Source: Tubiluchus corallicola (lineage: Eukaryota > Animalia > Priapulida). Taken from it: a stretch of DNA of 64,000 bases. The stretch spans positions 682,001-746,000 of the forward strand of contig JAQGDQ010000023.1 of assembly GCA_030141605.1 (NCBI GenBank), read 5' to 3'. Below, piece by piece: positions 38,811 to 53,240 of the stretch (its first letter is position 1; each line of letters starts with the position of its first letter). The translations under genes were made by a program, and so were the position numbers. The notes under the pieces were generated by a model. The model saw nothing but the letters and a program-made list of their open reading frames with translations. It was not told the DNA's origin and did not search any database.

Positions 38811-40300
38811 ATTACATGAGGCTTATTATCTAACCACGCAAAGTTATAAAAATAAGCTTCGCTTCACCTAAACTAAACACCTGCAACTCCTACGCTTTCT
38901 TAAATGAACACCCGTGACAAACTCTTACTTTCTAAATGAACACCTGTTCTATTCCTTGTAAACACAAACAACTCTGTGACGATAATTTTGCTTCTCATTA
39001 AACATAGTGCCTCAAACAGCTAAGTGAGTTCCCATAATCTTTCAATAAATTTATCTAATCCAATTAGGAGGTATCTGCTTTATCAACATAATCTAATGTA
39101 GTTGATGACCTCATTAATTAATCACTTAATTCATGATTCCGAAATTTATTCATAACATATTCTCTACCAGAAAATAATTTCTATGAAAATATAACCACAT
39201 CCTATTCAAGACTAACATGTATTCTACTGCAGGCCCTTCACTGTTTAACCATCACCCCATTAGCCTTTTTTCGGGCGATTTTTACAAAAAATTCGTACAT
39301 TTACACACTTTATTTAATTAACCAAAACAAAAAAGCTCTTTAAAATTTAGCATACAATAGGTAGCAGTGTGTTTTCAGATTTGACGATGATAACTACATA
39401 GACAACACAGATTTACATGATGCAAACAGGATTAAGTGGATGAGTTGAATCACCACCAATGTGCATGATGCATTTCTATGGAAAACCACACTTTTTTCAG
39501 TTTAAGCGTTAGCAGAAGCAAGCTTTTCTTTGCTTGCAATGAGTGTTTATCCTGGGTTCAACCGGGGGGGGGGGGGTGTCTTACTTATTCTTTCACTTAT
39601 TGGCTTGTATCGAAAATGTAGTCGGTATATATATATATATGCCGACTATCAAGTTGCTTGAAGCTTCCTCTGGACAAGCAAGCAGACAGACCAAACAATG
39701 ATAACTTTATCATTTCCGGCTTATTATATGTATTCAGCTTATCGACTAATATATTTTGTCCTAGATGGGGAGTGCTTCACGAGTGCTTCACGTGATAGTT
39801 CAGTAGCAGCGATTTCCGAACTAGCACGGTCTAACATTTGACATTCTCGATTTCTCATGAAATCTATTTCCGTGCATCGGCCATACTGCACGCTTAGTTG
39901 ATCGATATTATACGTATGTCCCCTAGTATAGCGGCTGCTGGCTAACCCTTACAGCGCTCTTTACATGAGGCAGCATTACAGTTTGTGGGCACTACAGTTT
40001 CCGTGCTGTGAGTTAGATTGTGCCGGTACATGGTGGTCGACCGGCGTGTTTGAAGTAGTGTACATAACTAATTCTAGTTTTTCTGAATTTATGCGAAGCG
40101 TATTGTCCATAATTTGTACAATTTAGCATTGATAGTAGTTTATGCGAAATTACTGTGCGATTTTTAAGAACTGAGTGATCAATAACGTTGTAAAGATTTC
40201 AGTGGAAACACAAATGACTGATACTGTAGGCCTATTTACTAAAAGGAAATTGAAATATAAAGTGCATGTGTGGATTAGCTGAAAAGAAACTGTTTAGTTT

Positions 40301-43300
40301 ATGTTACTTGTTGCAGTATCCATTGCTTGTGTAACTCTAGCTAACAATTATGAGACGGTGATATTGGCTCTTGTAGTGTTCTTGTTGTTCAAGTATGCAT
40401 TGGAACAGCCCAGGGGGCTACCCCCAGGACCATTTGGGTGGCCCCTGGTGCACAATCTGTCCCTGATGTGGAGGACACCTCATGTGGTGTTTACGGAGTT
40501 GGCACAGAAGCATGGTAGTATTTATAGCCTTAGGATTGGACGGAAATTGGTTGTAGTTTTAAACGAAATTGATATCATACGAGAAGCATTCGTCAGACAG
40601 GGAGATGTATTTGCTGGTAGACCTGAGCTGTTCATAGACCTGTTATCTGATGAAGGCAGAGGTAGGCAAAGAATAACTGATAAAAATACAGTACAGAGTA
40701 AGTGATTGTCTTGTTTGGGTGCAGGCAAACTGGACTAGGCCAATAACTTTACGTGCCTTCAGACCAGTAGCTAACATGCCTTTTTGTAATGAACAACATA
40801 ATGTGCAGTTTATTAACATGTACAAATTTGTATGTCACATTTGATGATATTTCACTGGTGAAATGATAAATCAGAGCAGAATTGGCAAGTCATAATATTT
40901 AACGAGTTGTGCAATTATCGCTGCGGATTATACACTGTAATAGTCAGACTTGTCTGCAAACCTAGTTTTTTAATGTGATTCATTTCCTACATTATGCGTT
41001 GTGTTCACAGAACATGCATCTGCCTGTAGTTAACGGTAGAATTAATGCAATAACTGATATTTGCTGTAATTTTGCGTACATTCAAAATAACTTGTTTCAC
41101 GACTGTTTGGCTGGCTTCACGAAATCAATAATCTTGTTTTCAATGTGACCTACGTTTCTCCTTGCAGTTAAAACTTAGGATTACTGAAACCTTTGGTCTC
41201 CAGGCTCTGCGCTTCAGTTTATCACAGAGTTCGTCTTTCAGATAAGTTCAATAATTCGAGGATCGCTGATCAGTAATCAGGAAAATGTTTAATTATAATT
41301 GCTTTGTCTATTGGGCGGCTTGTTGATTATGCATCCAGCGTAAAGCTGCCTTCATCTTTTCTGACGCTGCTGAAATGAACTTATGGGCGGCTTATTAATT
41401 TTTTTCTTGCAAGAAAGAGGTTCCCGGTATATAAAGGTTACCCCCGAATTTCTTAAACAAGATTTGAAGCACTGATATGTTTGGATCCGGCACTTAGATA
41501 ATGTTTACTGTCTTTATCGATCGTCGACTACATTTGGGGGAGTGGAAAAATTGACCGACGGGGATTCGAATCTGGGTCTTATCGCTGGTATATGTCTCAT
41601 TATCGCTCCAATTTGCCAGATTGGTTTTTCTGTGGATTTCCTGCAAGAAAGATAGTGCATTACTACTACTACTACTACGACGACGACTACGACTAATAAT
41701 AATAATAATAATAATTACTAGGAACCGGTTTTAATTTTTCACTGTCTGTGCGGTTGTTCCTATTGTATCTTTATACACAATGAAAACTGTGGTCTCACTG
41801 GCCTCATTACCCTGTGATACGTTTCAAAGATAAATGTAATGGCAACAACACCAACAACATGATCAATAATCTGCGGATCCAGCACTTTGTTCGGATCCAA
41901 AAAAATAAGTATTCAACTGCTTCTTTCTGTAAACCTTTCTTTGTGCATGAAGTATGAAATAATCTCATTCTGTGTAAGGAATAGTTATATCTGGTCAGAC
42001 TAGTTCCTGTAACCTAAGATGTTTATTCTGGGTAATTTTCATAGTTAATGAAATGTAGAGGTTTTGTCGTTTTTCTCTATGAGTTCTAGTTTAACAGTCT
42101 ACAAAACTATACATAGGTTATTAGATAAACTACTAAGCCTTACAATGAAAGTGATTTTTATATTTCTTTAATAGTCAACAAACGTGCAGTTTATCGATAA
42201 TTTGTTGACAATTATGATCTAGTTTCAAGTGTTAAATTTGGCACAAGTTTTTAAAATTACCAGTGTTTTGAAGTGCTCATCAATCCTAAGGACGTTTCGT
42301 ATAGTGGAACTTGTTAAAATATTCCGAAATATTATAAAGTATAGTTTAGTGAACATTTTTACTGTATCAATGGTGATTCAACACATTCTTATTCAGATTA
42401 AAATAGTTCGTATTCAATAGTTTTTAAAATTTTGCTTAGATTGGAAATCATCTAATACGTAATTATTTTTAAAAAAATTAAATATTTTTGCCATGACGCA
42501 TGGTATCCTGATTGTCAAGTATTAAAATAATCCATCTGAAGGAGTGTTTGACGCTGTGTCGTTGACTATAGCGCATTGGATAGCGGGGACATCTGTTGGT
42601 GAAAATTGTAACAAGTTAGCAGATGATTATAAAAGTCTGTGTATGTCATTTTATCGACGTTTAAATCTAGCCGTGAAACACGTTTTCAAAGGCTTCAGGT
42701 AATATGCCCTGGTATAAATGCTATTTGCATTGATGTTTGCCTAATATTTTGAAAGAATCATTTATAGAAGAACTGCTTACATGGAAAAAATTGGAAGTTG
42801 AAAACTTTTGGTACTGCAACTCAGACGTTCCGTTTTGCAGAAATTCTACTAGCTACGCACAAATGATTGCCACATTTGCAAAATTTCATGCAATACAGAA
42901 TATTCAAAGTATCCAGGTCAGAACAATGCACAATTCTCTTTCTTTTATACGTAATATAAACATCAAGACGATAAAAAACTCGACTGGGCCTCTTGCTTTA
43001 TTATTATTGGAACCTTTGTACCACTGCTTTAATTGCTCTTAAAGCATTACTCGTAATGTGTTAAGTTCACTTTGTAGAGCAACTGAGGTGAGAATAGTAA
43101 TTGCTCAAGTTCTTCAATCTCATATAATTTCAATTTGCATTACAAAATGTCCTAATAATATTCCCTGTAAAGGCTGTAAAGCACTTTAATGTGACCTAGG
43201 AGATAAGTGAATAAAGTAAGTAAGCAACGATATGATATAATGTAACAAAATTATCATGGTGATTAGTATATCTGAAATATGATGTTAAACTGGTTGGTAT

Positions 43301-46300
43301 AAGGATGGAGAACTAAAAGGTAAACCATATGAATTGAATTATCAATAGCTGTCTATACAAAATATTTAGTCAGCACACAAGAAACATTTAACCAATTACA
43401 TCTGAAGGTGACATCAACAGTTTCAGGCTACTTTCAACTGCCAAATTAAAAAATTCAAGCAGATTTTCCAAAACTCCCAAATGTTAAGTAAATTTTTCGT
43501 ATTATTAACAGAAATTAGTGGGCCTATCCAGCTTTACATGTCAAGGAAAGAAAGTTGCCCTTTCTTCTGGAAAACTATGTCTTGCTAAGTTATGGTAAGG
43601 AGTCACACATAATGGAAACTATATCAAAATGTTTTGTCGTTGATGATAATCTAGCCAAGCATTGTATTTTATATTTCACCAGTTAACATGTATTTTATTT
43701 AATCTTCTTGTGTAGGTGTGATAACTACCGATGGGCCTAGATGGCAGCAGCTGAGAAAATTCGCTCTTGTTTCTTTGCGTGACTTTGGAATGGGGAAACC
43801 GAAAATGGAGCAGATTATCATGGATGAGATGCCCTACTTGCTTTCTGCATTTCGTACTGCAGATCAGCCGTTTAATCCCCATTCTTTTCTGCTGACTAGT
43901 GTTGCTAATATTGTCTGTAGTGTCCTCTTCAGCAAGCGATTTGACTATACCGATGCGTCATTCCAGATTCTGCTACGGAAACTAGACATGACATTTGAGT
44001 ATGCAAGAAATGCCAGTCCTCTCAACTTTGCTCCAATGGTGCGGTTGTTCTTACCTGGTGCTAAGACTGAGTACAAGACTATAAAAGATGGCATCTCATC
44101 ATTGCACAGTTTTTTGCTAGAACAAATAATTGAACGACAGCAAACATTTGATCCTGACCATATCAGAGACATAACTGATAAGTTTTTAAAAGAAATCCAA
44201 GCTAGGCGCAATTCAGATGATGCATCAGTTTTTACAAGTAAGGAATGAACTTCTGAAAAACATGACACTTTTTCGAAACATCGCCACTAATAGAGAAAAA
44301 CATAATGCCCTTTGTAGTCTCAAAGATTATAATATTTATTCAGTAGTATTCACCGTACCTGGCCTCATCTGCTAAAAATAGCAGATAAAATGTTAAAATA
44401 GTATGTACTAATGTAAGAACATGAAAGACAAAATTGTAGCTAAGCATTCATAGGTTTGAAATATAAAGAGCATCATTGCCACTAATATTAACTTTGTTTC
44501 TTTGAAAGTTAAATTTGTAAGTATAAATTAGCAAGAGTTTTTGCTTCACAGTCATTGTTATACAATAGCACTGCATTTCAATTTTCGCTTTTGCAATCAC
44601 GTGTGCAACATGCTCGCTGATTGTTTGTGCTGTTGAAAATTATTTTCAGTTGCGATGTCGTCACTACTCCCTGGCCATTAATTAAATTTTTAACCTAGTA
44701 TTTAAGTATTTGTAACACTTATACACTTAATATGTGGCATTATTATAGGTGTTAAAATGTATACTTTTTACCATATTTGAAACCGGAGTAGGATATGAAA
44801 AATCATCCTTTTCTTTAATTATGTTTGTTGATTGTGAGTTAGTTACTCTGAAGTGTTGTGATTTGGTTATTGTTTTTATATAATTGGTTTGCTATGTACA
44901 TAATTTCAAAAACTTTTATATTTCATTTTTGTTTTATGCATTAACCAGTGTTTGTTGTGTTTTAGTTGAAGAGCTCAAGATTTTTTTGCTCAACCTGTTT
45001 GTTGGAGGTACTATGACCACTTTCCTCACACTGAGATGGGCACTTCTATACATTAGTGGAAACCAGAGTGTACAAAGTCGAATACAAGCTGAAATCGACA
45101 ATGTAACTGGTTGTGCTAGGCTTCCACAGTTCAAAGTATGTATTTGCACAAGATGGTAATTGATGGGCAATTATTACCATTATCATTATCATTATTATTT
45201 ATTTATATAGTAATATTTGACCACTATTATATATAATGTTCAAAAAGAGGCGATAAATGATGTGACACGAGTGACTATTCAGCAACTACAGGCCACTTTT
45301 TTAGGAACGGAAACTGAAAATAATTGTCTACATTTTGCTCAACTTCATTTCTTCTCCTTTTGTTTATTACATAATCTCAGATAAAATAAGAATACATTAG
45401 TAAAAACAAATCTAGGTTAAAAAATCACAGGAAAAAATAACTCCAACCCTAAAAATGTTTCTTAAATCGATTATGACTGACTTGAATATTTTTGTTTAAT
45501 TCCTGACTTTCTTTCCTAGTGAAAATGGTGACAATTTTTCGACCACCATAACTTAACTGCAACTTTTCCTGTGACTTTTCCTAGCCAAAATTGTGACTTT
45601 TTGTTTGACTTACCCGTCACCAGTGAAAACACGTATGGTTGAAACAATAGTAGTGCTGTTATTAATCACGGCAGCCATGACAGATACATAAGGCCCAATT
45701 TAGTAATACCTAGTAATCCAGACGCAACACAAGCATTAGCTAGTGCAGTTTATTTTGTGGTGAAGACCATTATATGAACTGATTGATTCCTTTATTGTTT
45801 TGCTGCCATGTATAGAGCTTTTTAAATACATCCACGTGGCTGTTTTTAGTTGGTGATTATAGCTGACATTGTTCTGGCATTTCAGTTTTTAACACGAAAA
45901 GTATTTTGGCCACAACTTAAAAGCTACTAAAAATATAAACTTGTAACTTTCACAACCGAAAACTAAAATATTATAGTATCATGCCGTGAAATTTAAGCTT
46001 TGTAGATCACTTGCTTATAATCTTATTCTACTCTAAACTTGGGCACATTTTTCTGTACCACCTAATATTAATGGATACTTTGTAAATTTGCTTTGTACGT
46101 AACGTATCATACTGTATTGCATTTTAGGATCATAGTCATTTGTCATTTACTGAAGCAACAATCAACGAGGTGCAACGATGTGGTGCTGTAGTTCCTCTGG
46201 GTATAGTTCATTCTAATTTGGAAGACACAAAGCTATGTGGATATTACATCCCAAAACGTAGCATTATCTTTCCAAACATCTGGGCATTGCACATGGATAG

Positions 46301-47443
46301 CGAATTCTGGAAAGATCCACACACTTTTTGTCCTCAACGTTTTCTGGATTTGAATAACAAACTTCGAAAAATGAAAAACTTTCTACCATTTTCTATAGGT
46401 AAAGTCTATTGCAACATTTACAAGACCATGAAAAGTTTGCAGGGCTGAGTTTGTTAGTATGAAGCAATAGTTGGCCAGGGCTGGCTTTACCACTAGGCAA
46501 GCTAGGTAGCCTAGGAAATGTAAAATGCATGCAAGTGGTGATATTGAACAGCAAAAAGAATCTCTAAGGAAGTGTTTGCAATCACTTGTGGTTGTGAAGA
46601 TGATGATGCTATTGGAATGGATATACGTGTGAAAAAAAGGAGTTAGAGATTCAAAAATTTTCTGGCGAAAACTTGAGGGGAAATCTAGCCAAGAGTACCA
46701 GAAATTGCAGAAATTTGTTCACTTGTGAGGATCCATGGCGTACAAATGGACCATAAATTCAGTTTCAAATGAAATCAACATAAGCTGTAGATAGGTAATT
46801 AAGTACACTAATTAGTACACTATAATACGTATTTAAGCCTAATTACATTTCTTGTAATATTATACAAGAAAAAGTAATTTAATGTTGAGGAGAGAGGTGC
46901 TAAAACTACCTAGAGCCTCCCTTGTAGTTGGTTATTTGAGTGGTTAAATTTTAACAAAGACTGTCAGCACTATGGTGAGTGTTATCATACTTGCGTTACA
47001 CGACATTCTGAGAAATGTAAGAGAGGTTCTCATGCCCCAAAAAACTTATCCATCATGACATTTTATTTTTTTCTAAAACAACTTTGTGATTATACTAATC
47101 TAAACCTTTTCTAAACTAATCTAAACACACTTTTCTAAAACTACCGTGATTATATATGATTATGTTTCTTTCATTTGATTTCTTTAAACACATTTTTCAC
47201 AAATTATACAAATTTTTTATATAATAATTTCTGCACAAGGTACTAGTATTGCACTAATTTTTTGTAGGTAGACGAGCTTGTCCAGGTGAGGCATTGGCTA
47301 AAATGGAGTTGATTTTGTTTATCACCTGCTTACTGCAAGAATTCCGTCTACACTGTGAGACAACAGAAGCAGTAATTACAGCTAAAAGACAACCGATTGC
47401 TCCACCCATGTACAAGTTGACTGCTACACCCAGATTTATTTGA
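40301..47443 (+). CDS. Cytochrome P450, CYP2 clan; 5 exons, 499 aa
   Basis: Exons 40301-40661, 43716-44237, 44966-45135, 46128-46398, 47268-47443, phase-consistent GT-AG. N-terminal membrane anchor, [27 protein letters not shown] (ExxR), PQRF, and heme motif FSIGRRACPG. Confidence 0.94.
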
Positions 47444-50049
47444 TCTTCATGTTTTTTAGGAAATTATATGTGTTATTATCTAATTTATAGTGCTGAGCTA
47501 GATAAAGATATTTTAGTTTCACAGCAGCATAAAATTCACTGTTTTGCTAAATTACTAGAATATGCTGTTACAGTTAATTTATTAAACATAGATCCCTCTT
47601 TAGTTAGGTAAGTTATTGCTCAATGCCTCAATCATGTACTGAGTCTTTAGACAGATGTTTTTTTCTGGATTGGCAAGTAATGGACACATAGATGCACGAG
47701 GAAAAGAACGCCTTAGACAGTTGTTTTTTCTTAACTGACAGGCAATGAACGCATGGATGGACGAGGAAGAGAAGGCCTTAATACAATTTTGATGTTAGTT
47801 TGTATTACTAGTCTGCGAATCATTTGGCAGTTTTGTTATTAAACTTTTTGCAGTGCAACGTAGGGTTGTCCAGTTACTCAAGCAATACATTGTATCTGCA
47901 AAGATTATTCTAGTTTTCTAGCACATGAAGTAATTGTGGCAAAGGCTTCAGAAATTCTGTAACATTTTACTGGCAAATATACTATGCTTAGTCTACGATT
48001 AGCATGAATTACTATGTTACCCTGTTTAATCATCCATTGTAATGCTGTAATTTCAATTTCTTAATGTGGTACAATTAATGAATATGTTGTTAATATATAT
48101 AGAACAGAACAAACAATAATTGCATGAGTCTGTAACATTTAGTTTTGAGAGTGATATAATCTGAGAATCAAACCACAATACACCAGACTGCTATCAGTGT
48201 TTGAAGATTTATGCACAATCTATTCCTCAGATCTCTGCAGTTCTGTAATGCCATATTGCAATACATGAAAAGAAGCTGTAGTTTTATAAACGTGTATTTG
48301 AAGGACAAATTTGTCGTGTTTATGTTTTGTCCATTGGTAATTTAATATGTGGACCACAGCACACACTTTTAGTTACATTCTAGGGTTTTATCTTAGCAAA
48401 ACCAGTTTTGAACCCATTGGTTTTTCTCATTAAACCTTGGAAAACTGGCCTTACAATTTCTTGACCTCTCTAGAGACCTTGATCTCTAATAACCACTATG
48501 CTTTGGCACTTTATTTACAGTAAATCTGATGTTAAACCGGCAAGTAGTGATTCCTCTCTGAGTTGATCCACAAAATGAACATTCATTGCATTTAAGTTCA
48601 TGTTTTAGTAGCATTTCAGTCTTGTTGCATTCTTGACTGGTAAAGATCCGAGACAGAACAACTTATCAGATCAGTGCATTTACTAACAAAGTACTAATAT
48701 AGATACTATATAGAGGGCAATTAAAAGACAAAGTTGATATTTAATAACTGAGCCAAGACTATCAGAAATGAAATGGTTCAAGAAAAAATCATCGCATTAT
48801 GCTGTAGCAGCTATTTTTGCAAAAGAAGCGAAACACGAAAAAACAGCCACTATTTGTGTGTAAGGTTCAGTATATCGTGTTCATCATGATTATGTTCAAC
48901 ATCATGCTGTAATGATATGACGTAACTGTTCATAGGGTCTCGCGTCTAAGAGGTGAGACTAGATATGCTTACCTGCAATTCTACAAATACAACATTTATC
49001 AAAAACACCATGGCAATAAAGTTTTTCATCGAGTGTCTTCGTAGTAATACTTTGTATTATCAATCCAGTTTAAATAAAGGGCTTTCCATGGCATATCATA
49101 ATCTTGGTAAGATCGGGTCGAATAAATAACAAGTGCAAGTTTCCCTATTGAGTGCAGGGGCAGTGATTTCTTATGGAAGCGTAATTTTTTTCACTGTATC
49201 TTAAACCAGTTATCTTAATTTGTTTATGCGCATGCCTAATCTTATGACTAATATTTTAACTAGTAATAGTCTTTCTATCTTTTATGTCATCCCATATGTG
49301 AGCTTTATTCATTATAATTATCATTCCACTCTGAAGCACAAAATGTTTTATTTATCACATGAGTCACCTCAAAATTTTCATAATTTTATTACTTTTTTAC
49401 TTTCACATGGGGGGGGAAGTAAAAATGAATTGTATTATGTTCATTGTAGGCCCTTTCACAATATTTTTGTATACAAAATTGTAAATTTTTAATGTGTTTG
49501 TGAAATAAATGACTTATGAATGTGATATGTGGGAGACCACTGTATTCAAAAGGGAGACTAGCACGTGTTAATTATCTGAATTAATTGGTTAAATAACATT
49601 ATAATTCTTTTTATTTCATTTGTTTGCAGTTCACATGCAGAGTATTCAATACAGTGAGTCACGAAAAACAACAAAATAGAGTTTAAGAGAATGAATAACA
49701 AAATAATTACAGGGCTACATTTACTCCACTTCATTGGCGGCTCGTAGCTAAAATTAGTGGTGGTGCTGCTGCAGAAAATTTTTAGCTATTGTTTTAATTT
49801 TGTGTAAAATAAAACAAATATATGTAATTTTAATGTTGTAATTTTAAATAAACAAACATACGAAAGTTTATATATAAAATTCATAAAAACCTAAACAAAA
49901 AATATGTTTTGCTTACTAATAGACAAATATCGCAGTTCAAGATTGATCCGTGCACGGTAAACCTGTGACAACTGACAACAAACTGTGTGCGCTTAGTAAA
50001 GAGAACCTGTTAAATTATGCTAAGAGCAGTAGATTATGTTAAATAATTA

Positions 50050-50356
50050 TGTTGATAGATGCTCGTATGATGAAGCCAGTTAAGGAGTGGTGTCACGTGA
50101 TTACGTGATCTAAGAAACGAGCAGCGGCACAGAGCGTACGTATATAAAGTGCGCGGAGCCGTCAGCCCAGGAATTCAGTCTCAGATCGAGCCTGGAAGCC
50201 GGAGCGTATCGACCGTCAGATCAGGGGCCTTTGGCATTGCTATATATTATATTTATTGTGTTGATATTTAATAAACGTGTCATTTTATAAATAAACTCTT
50301 AATAGCTTTGCCATTCCTCAAGCATCAGTAGGCAGCTACACACAGCTCATACAACG
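50050..50356 (+). mobile_element. Solo-LTR-like sequence inside the hAT element
   Basis: TGTTG...CAAC ends, TATATAAAG at ~50141, AATAAA at ~50270. The 3' half is repeated at ~51860-51993. No convincing TSD. Confidence 0.45.
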
Positions 50357-50472
50357 TACTATCCACTATTAGCTCTGACCTAAATTCAATTGCGCAGAAG
50401 CAGAACTCCCTTTTCTTTAGACTCAAAACCAGCCACATCTTTAGCCCACAGACACTTTTAACTGTAAGAACC

Positions 50473-51860
50473 TTATTTATTTATTTATTACATATATCCA
50501 CAATGATCATTACAGCATTGTACATAAAAGTATTTAATATTATATTTATTATTATGTGCACAAGATGCCAAGCCGCAAATGACCCGTGGGGTACTCAAGA
50601 AGTAATTACTTGTTTAGAGTACCCCGAATGAATGTGGACTGAGTGTAAGAGAAAAGAGCAGTAAAGGAGTAGAAAGAAAGGTTAATAGAGAACAGAAAGA
50701 TGTGTTGGTATCTGTATGAGGTAACATAAACTATAGAAATGTAAAAATTGACATAGCCAGCAACACAATGGATTCTGAGAGGGACAGCAGCATAATTAAT
50801 CAAATTGATTTATTCTGTATAATTAGAAAAGATTTCACTTTTAAAATTTCTTTTGAAGTTATTTATAGATAGAGAATTTTTTATGTATTCGTTGCTGTTA
50901 TTCCAAAGTCTAGGGCCAGTGTTAGTGATGAAGTGCCTTGCCGCGTCAGTCCTGCAATACTTAATACGAAATTCGTTAAATCTTGTTGAGTAATGTCTTA
51001 CGTTAATAGATAATGGGTTTAAAAAGAAAGCGGGGTGAAGTTTATGTTTAGTTTTGTAGATGTACACAGCGGTATTCAGGTTTATTAGATCATTTAGCAC
51101 TAGGATAGAATAATTCTTAAAAAGATTAAGACCTACATGTTCACGCTTGTTCAAATTAGCTATCAATCTTATAAATTTACGTTGTAGAGAGTTTATTTTA
51201 ACTAGAGTTGAAAGGTAGATGTGCCCCCAAAGTATATTACAGTAGGTCAAGTATGGCAGTACTAGACAATTATAAAGAGTGATTAGGTGTTATTTTGTAA
51301 AACAATGTTTAACTCGACTGATTAACCCGATGTTTTAGCAATTTTAGAATGAATCATGTTTAAGTGTGGTTTCCAATCTAGGTGTTCATTTAACATAACA
51401 CCTAGGAACTTCATTTCGCTTACTTGTTCTACAGCATTACCACCAATTTTTATAATACTGTTCATATTTATGGGTTTGTTACGAGCTCTGAATAAAATGT
51501 ATTTAGTTTTAGGTGAGTTTAGTGCTAATTTATTGATTTTAAACCAGGCTGTAATTTTACTGAGTTCACTATTAATAATGTTAATGTCAAGTAACTTGCT
51601 GTTGATCTTGAAAAAACACTTGTGTCATCAGCAAATTGGAAGACATTGCCATTGTCAGTAATACAGTTTTGTAAGTCATTAATGTATATTGAAAACAACA
51701 GAGGTCCCAAAATCGATCCCTGGGGTACTCCGTGTGTGACTATTACTTCGTTAGAAAGAACATTGTTACATCTGACTGCTTGAGTTCGGTCCTTGAGGTA
51801 ATTAACAAACCATGAGTATGCGACCCCTCTAATGCCATAGTGGAATAACTTATCTAATAG
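50473..51860 (-). mobile_element. 5'-truncated CR1/L2-clade LINE
   Basis: ORFs 51525-51908 (LFHYGIRG, GVPQGSILGPLLFSIYINDL, QFADDT) and 50810-51250 (YCNILWG, GPRLWN). (TAAA)n tail on the minus strand at ~50473-50490. Confidence 0.88.
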
Positions 51861-53029
51861 GCCTTTGGCATGGCCATATATTCTGTTCATATTTAATAAA
51901 CGTGTCATTTTATAAATAAACTCTTAATAGCTTTGCCATTCCTGAAGCATTAATAAGCAGCTACACACAGCTCATACAACCTACTATCCACTATACAAAC
52001 AAAATAAATTTTACTCGCTTGCACTTTCAATAACTACATGTGCATGTGCTCAGACGTGTACATGGCCGTAAGCGCACAACATCCAAATACCGCCTTGCTG
52101 GAGCGCACTGTGCTGCACTGTGAAGGAAACAGTACTAGCTTCACCTGCTCTGATTCCGTACAAGTATAAAGAACGAACTAAAGAAGCATGACTTATTATA
52201 TTAAATATTATCGATAATATCAAGTAAAAATAGGAGGTGTTGCAATACCACTGTACCTATACACGAACCGCCACTGCTCCACTTAATTGTGAAAGGCTTG
52301 ACACAAATCTTTTTTACATTGAAATTAAAACTTGGCGTACAGTCAACCTAGTGTCTGCTCAAAATCACTATCATGCACAAAATATAAAAGTTTTGGAAAT
52401 TCAGCTTTTTGTTAGTACTGTTTTGCATTTTCTTTTTAAAAAGTTAATCGCGCTTGTTCTCTCTGACACCACGATGATAAATAATCGAGCTAGAGGAGTG
52501 CGTCCATGTGATAAAGTAAATGTTCAAAGCGAAGAGCATATTTTTTGTCATTGCCCATTTACAACATGCGATATACAATGAAATATTGCACTGATGATAA
52601 TTTAGTATTTTATCTATAAGGCGGCTATTTGAAGCCTGACATTAATGCGTTATGACCGTTCGTTAAAGGTTATTAATGGAAAACGATAACGAATAGTACT
52701 TTCTTAAAACAATTATGTGACGTGTGCACAATTAATGTATTTTTGTGTCGACTTTTGTGCCGCATTTTTTCTTTTTTTATGATTTTATCTTGTAATTTTA
52801 ATAATTGCAAATAAAGTAAAATAAAATAATGTAGTTTACTCACTCGAGTGTTTAATGCAGCATTGCACAATTTCTTGGTTGCATTACTGTTTAACGTGCT
52901 TTATCTTGAACCATTTGCCCTTAAGCCGATATCATTCGTGTGGGACTTTGAAGTTTTGAACTCATTTACTGAAGCATCAACTCTGTCTTATTTCGTACAT
53001 CACTGAGAAAACATCATCAATGGCTGTCT

Positions 53030-53240
53030 AATGGCGAATTCAGACTAGAGAGTTCTCTCTTAACTTACTGCTTAAATTCTCTCTGAGAGTGTCAACTTGC
53101 GCATGAATTCTCAGAAACTCTTGCTGAGTTTGCAGTAAGTTGCGAGAGAAGTTGGCAAGCCGTTCACACTTGCGAGTTCACTCTCAGAGAAGAAGTTGCG
53201 CAATAAGTTGCGAAAGTACTCTCTAGCTGGGCGCGCCATT
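53030..53240. mobile_element. Palindromic MITE (~210 bp)
   Basis: Inverted ends AATGGCGAATTCAGACTAGAGAGT / ACTCTCTAGCTGGGCGCGCCATT, with internal AACTTGCG / AAGTTGCG repeats. Confidence 0.6.

Larger units (their letters stand above)
49732..52276. mobile_element. hAT-family non-autonomous element carrying nested insertions
   Basis: 8-bp TSD CTCCACTT (49724-49731, 52277-52284). TIR CATTGGCGGCTCGTA / CACGAACCGCCACTG. Confidence 0.85.
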
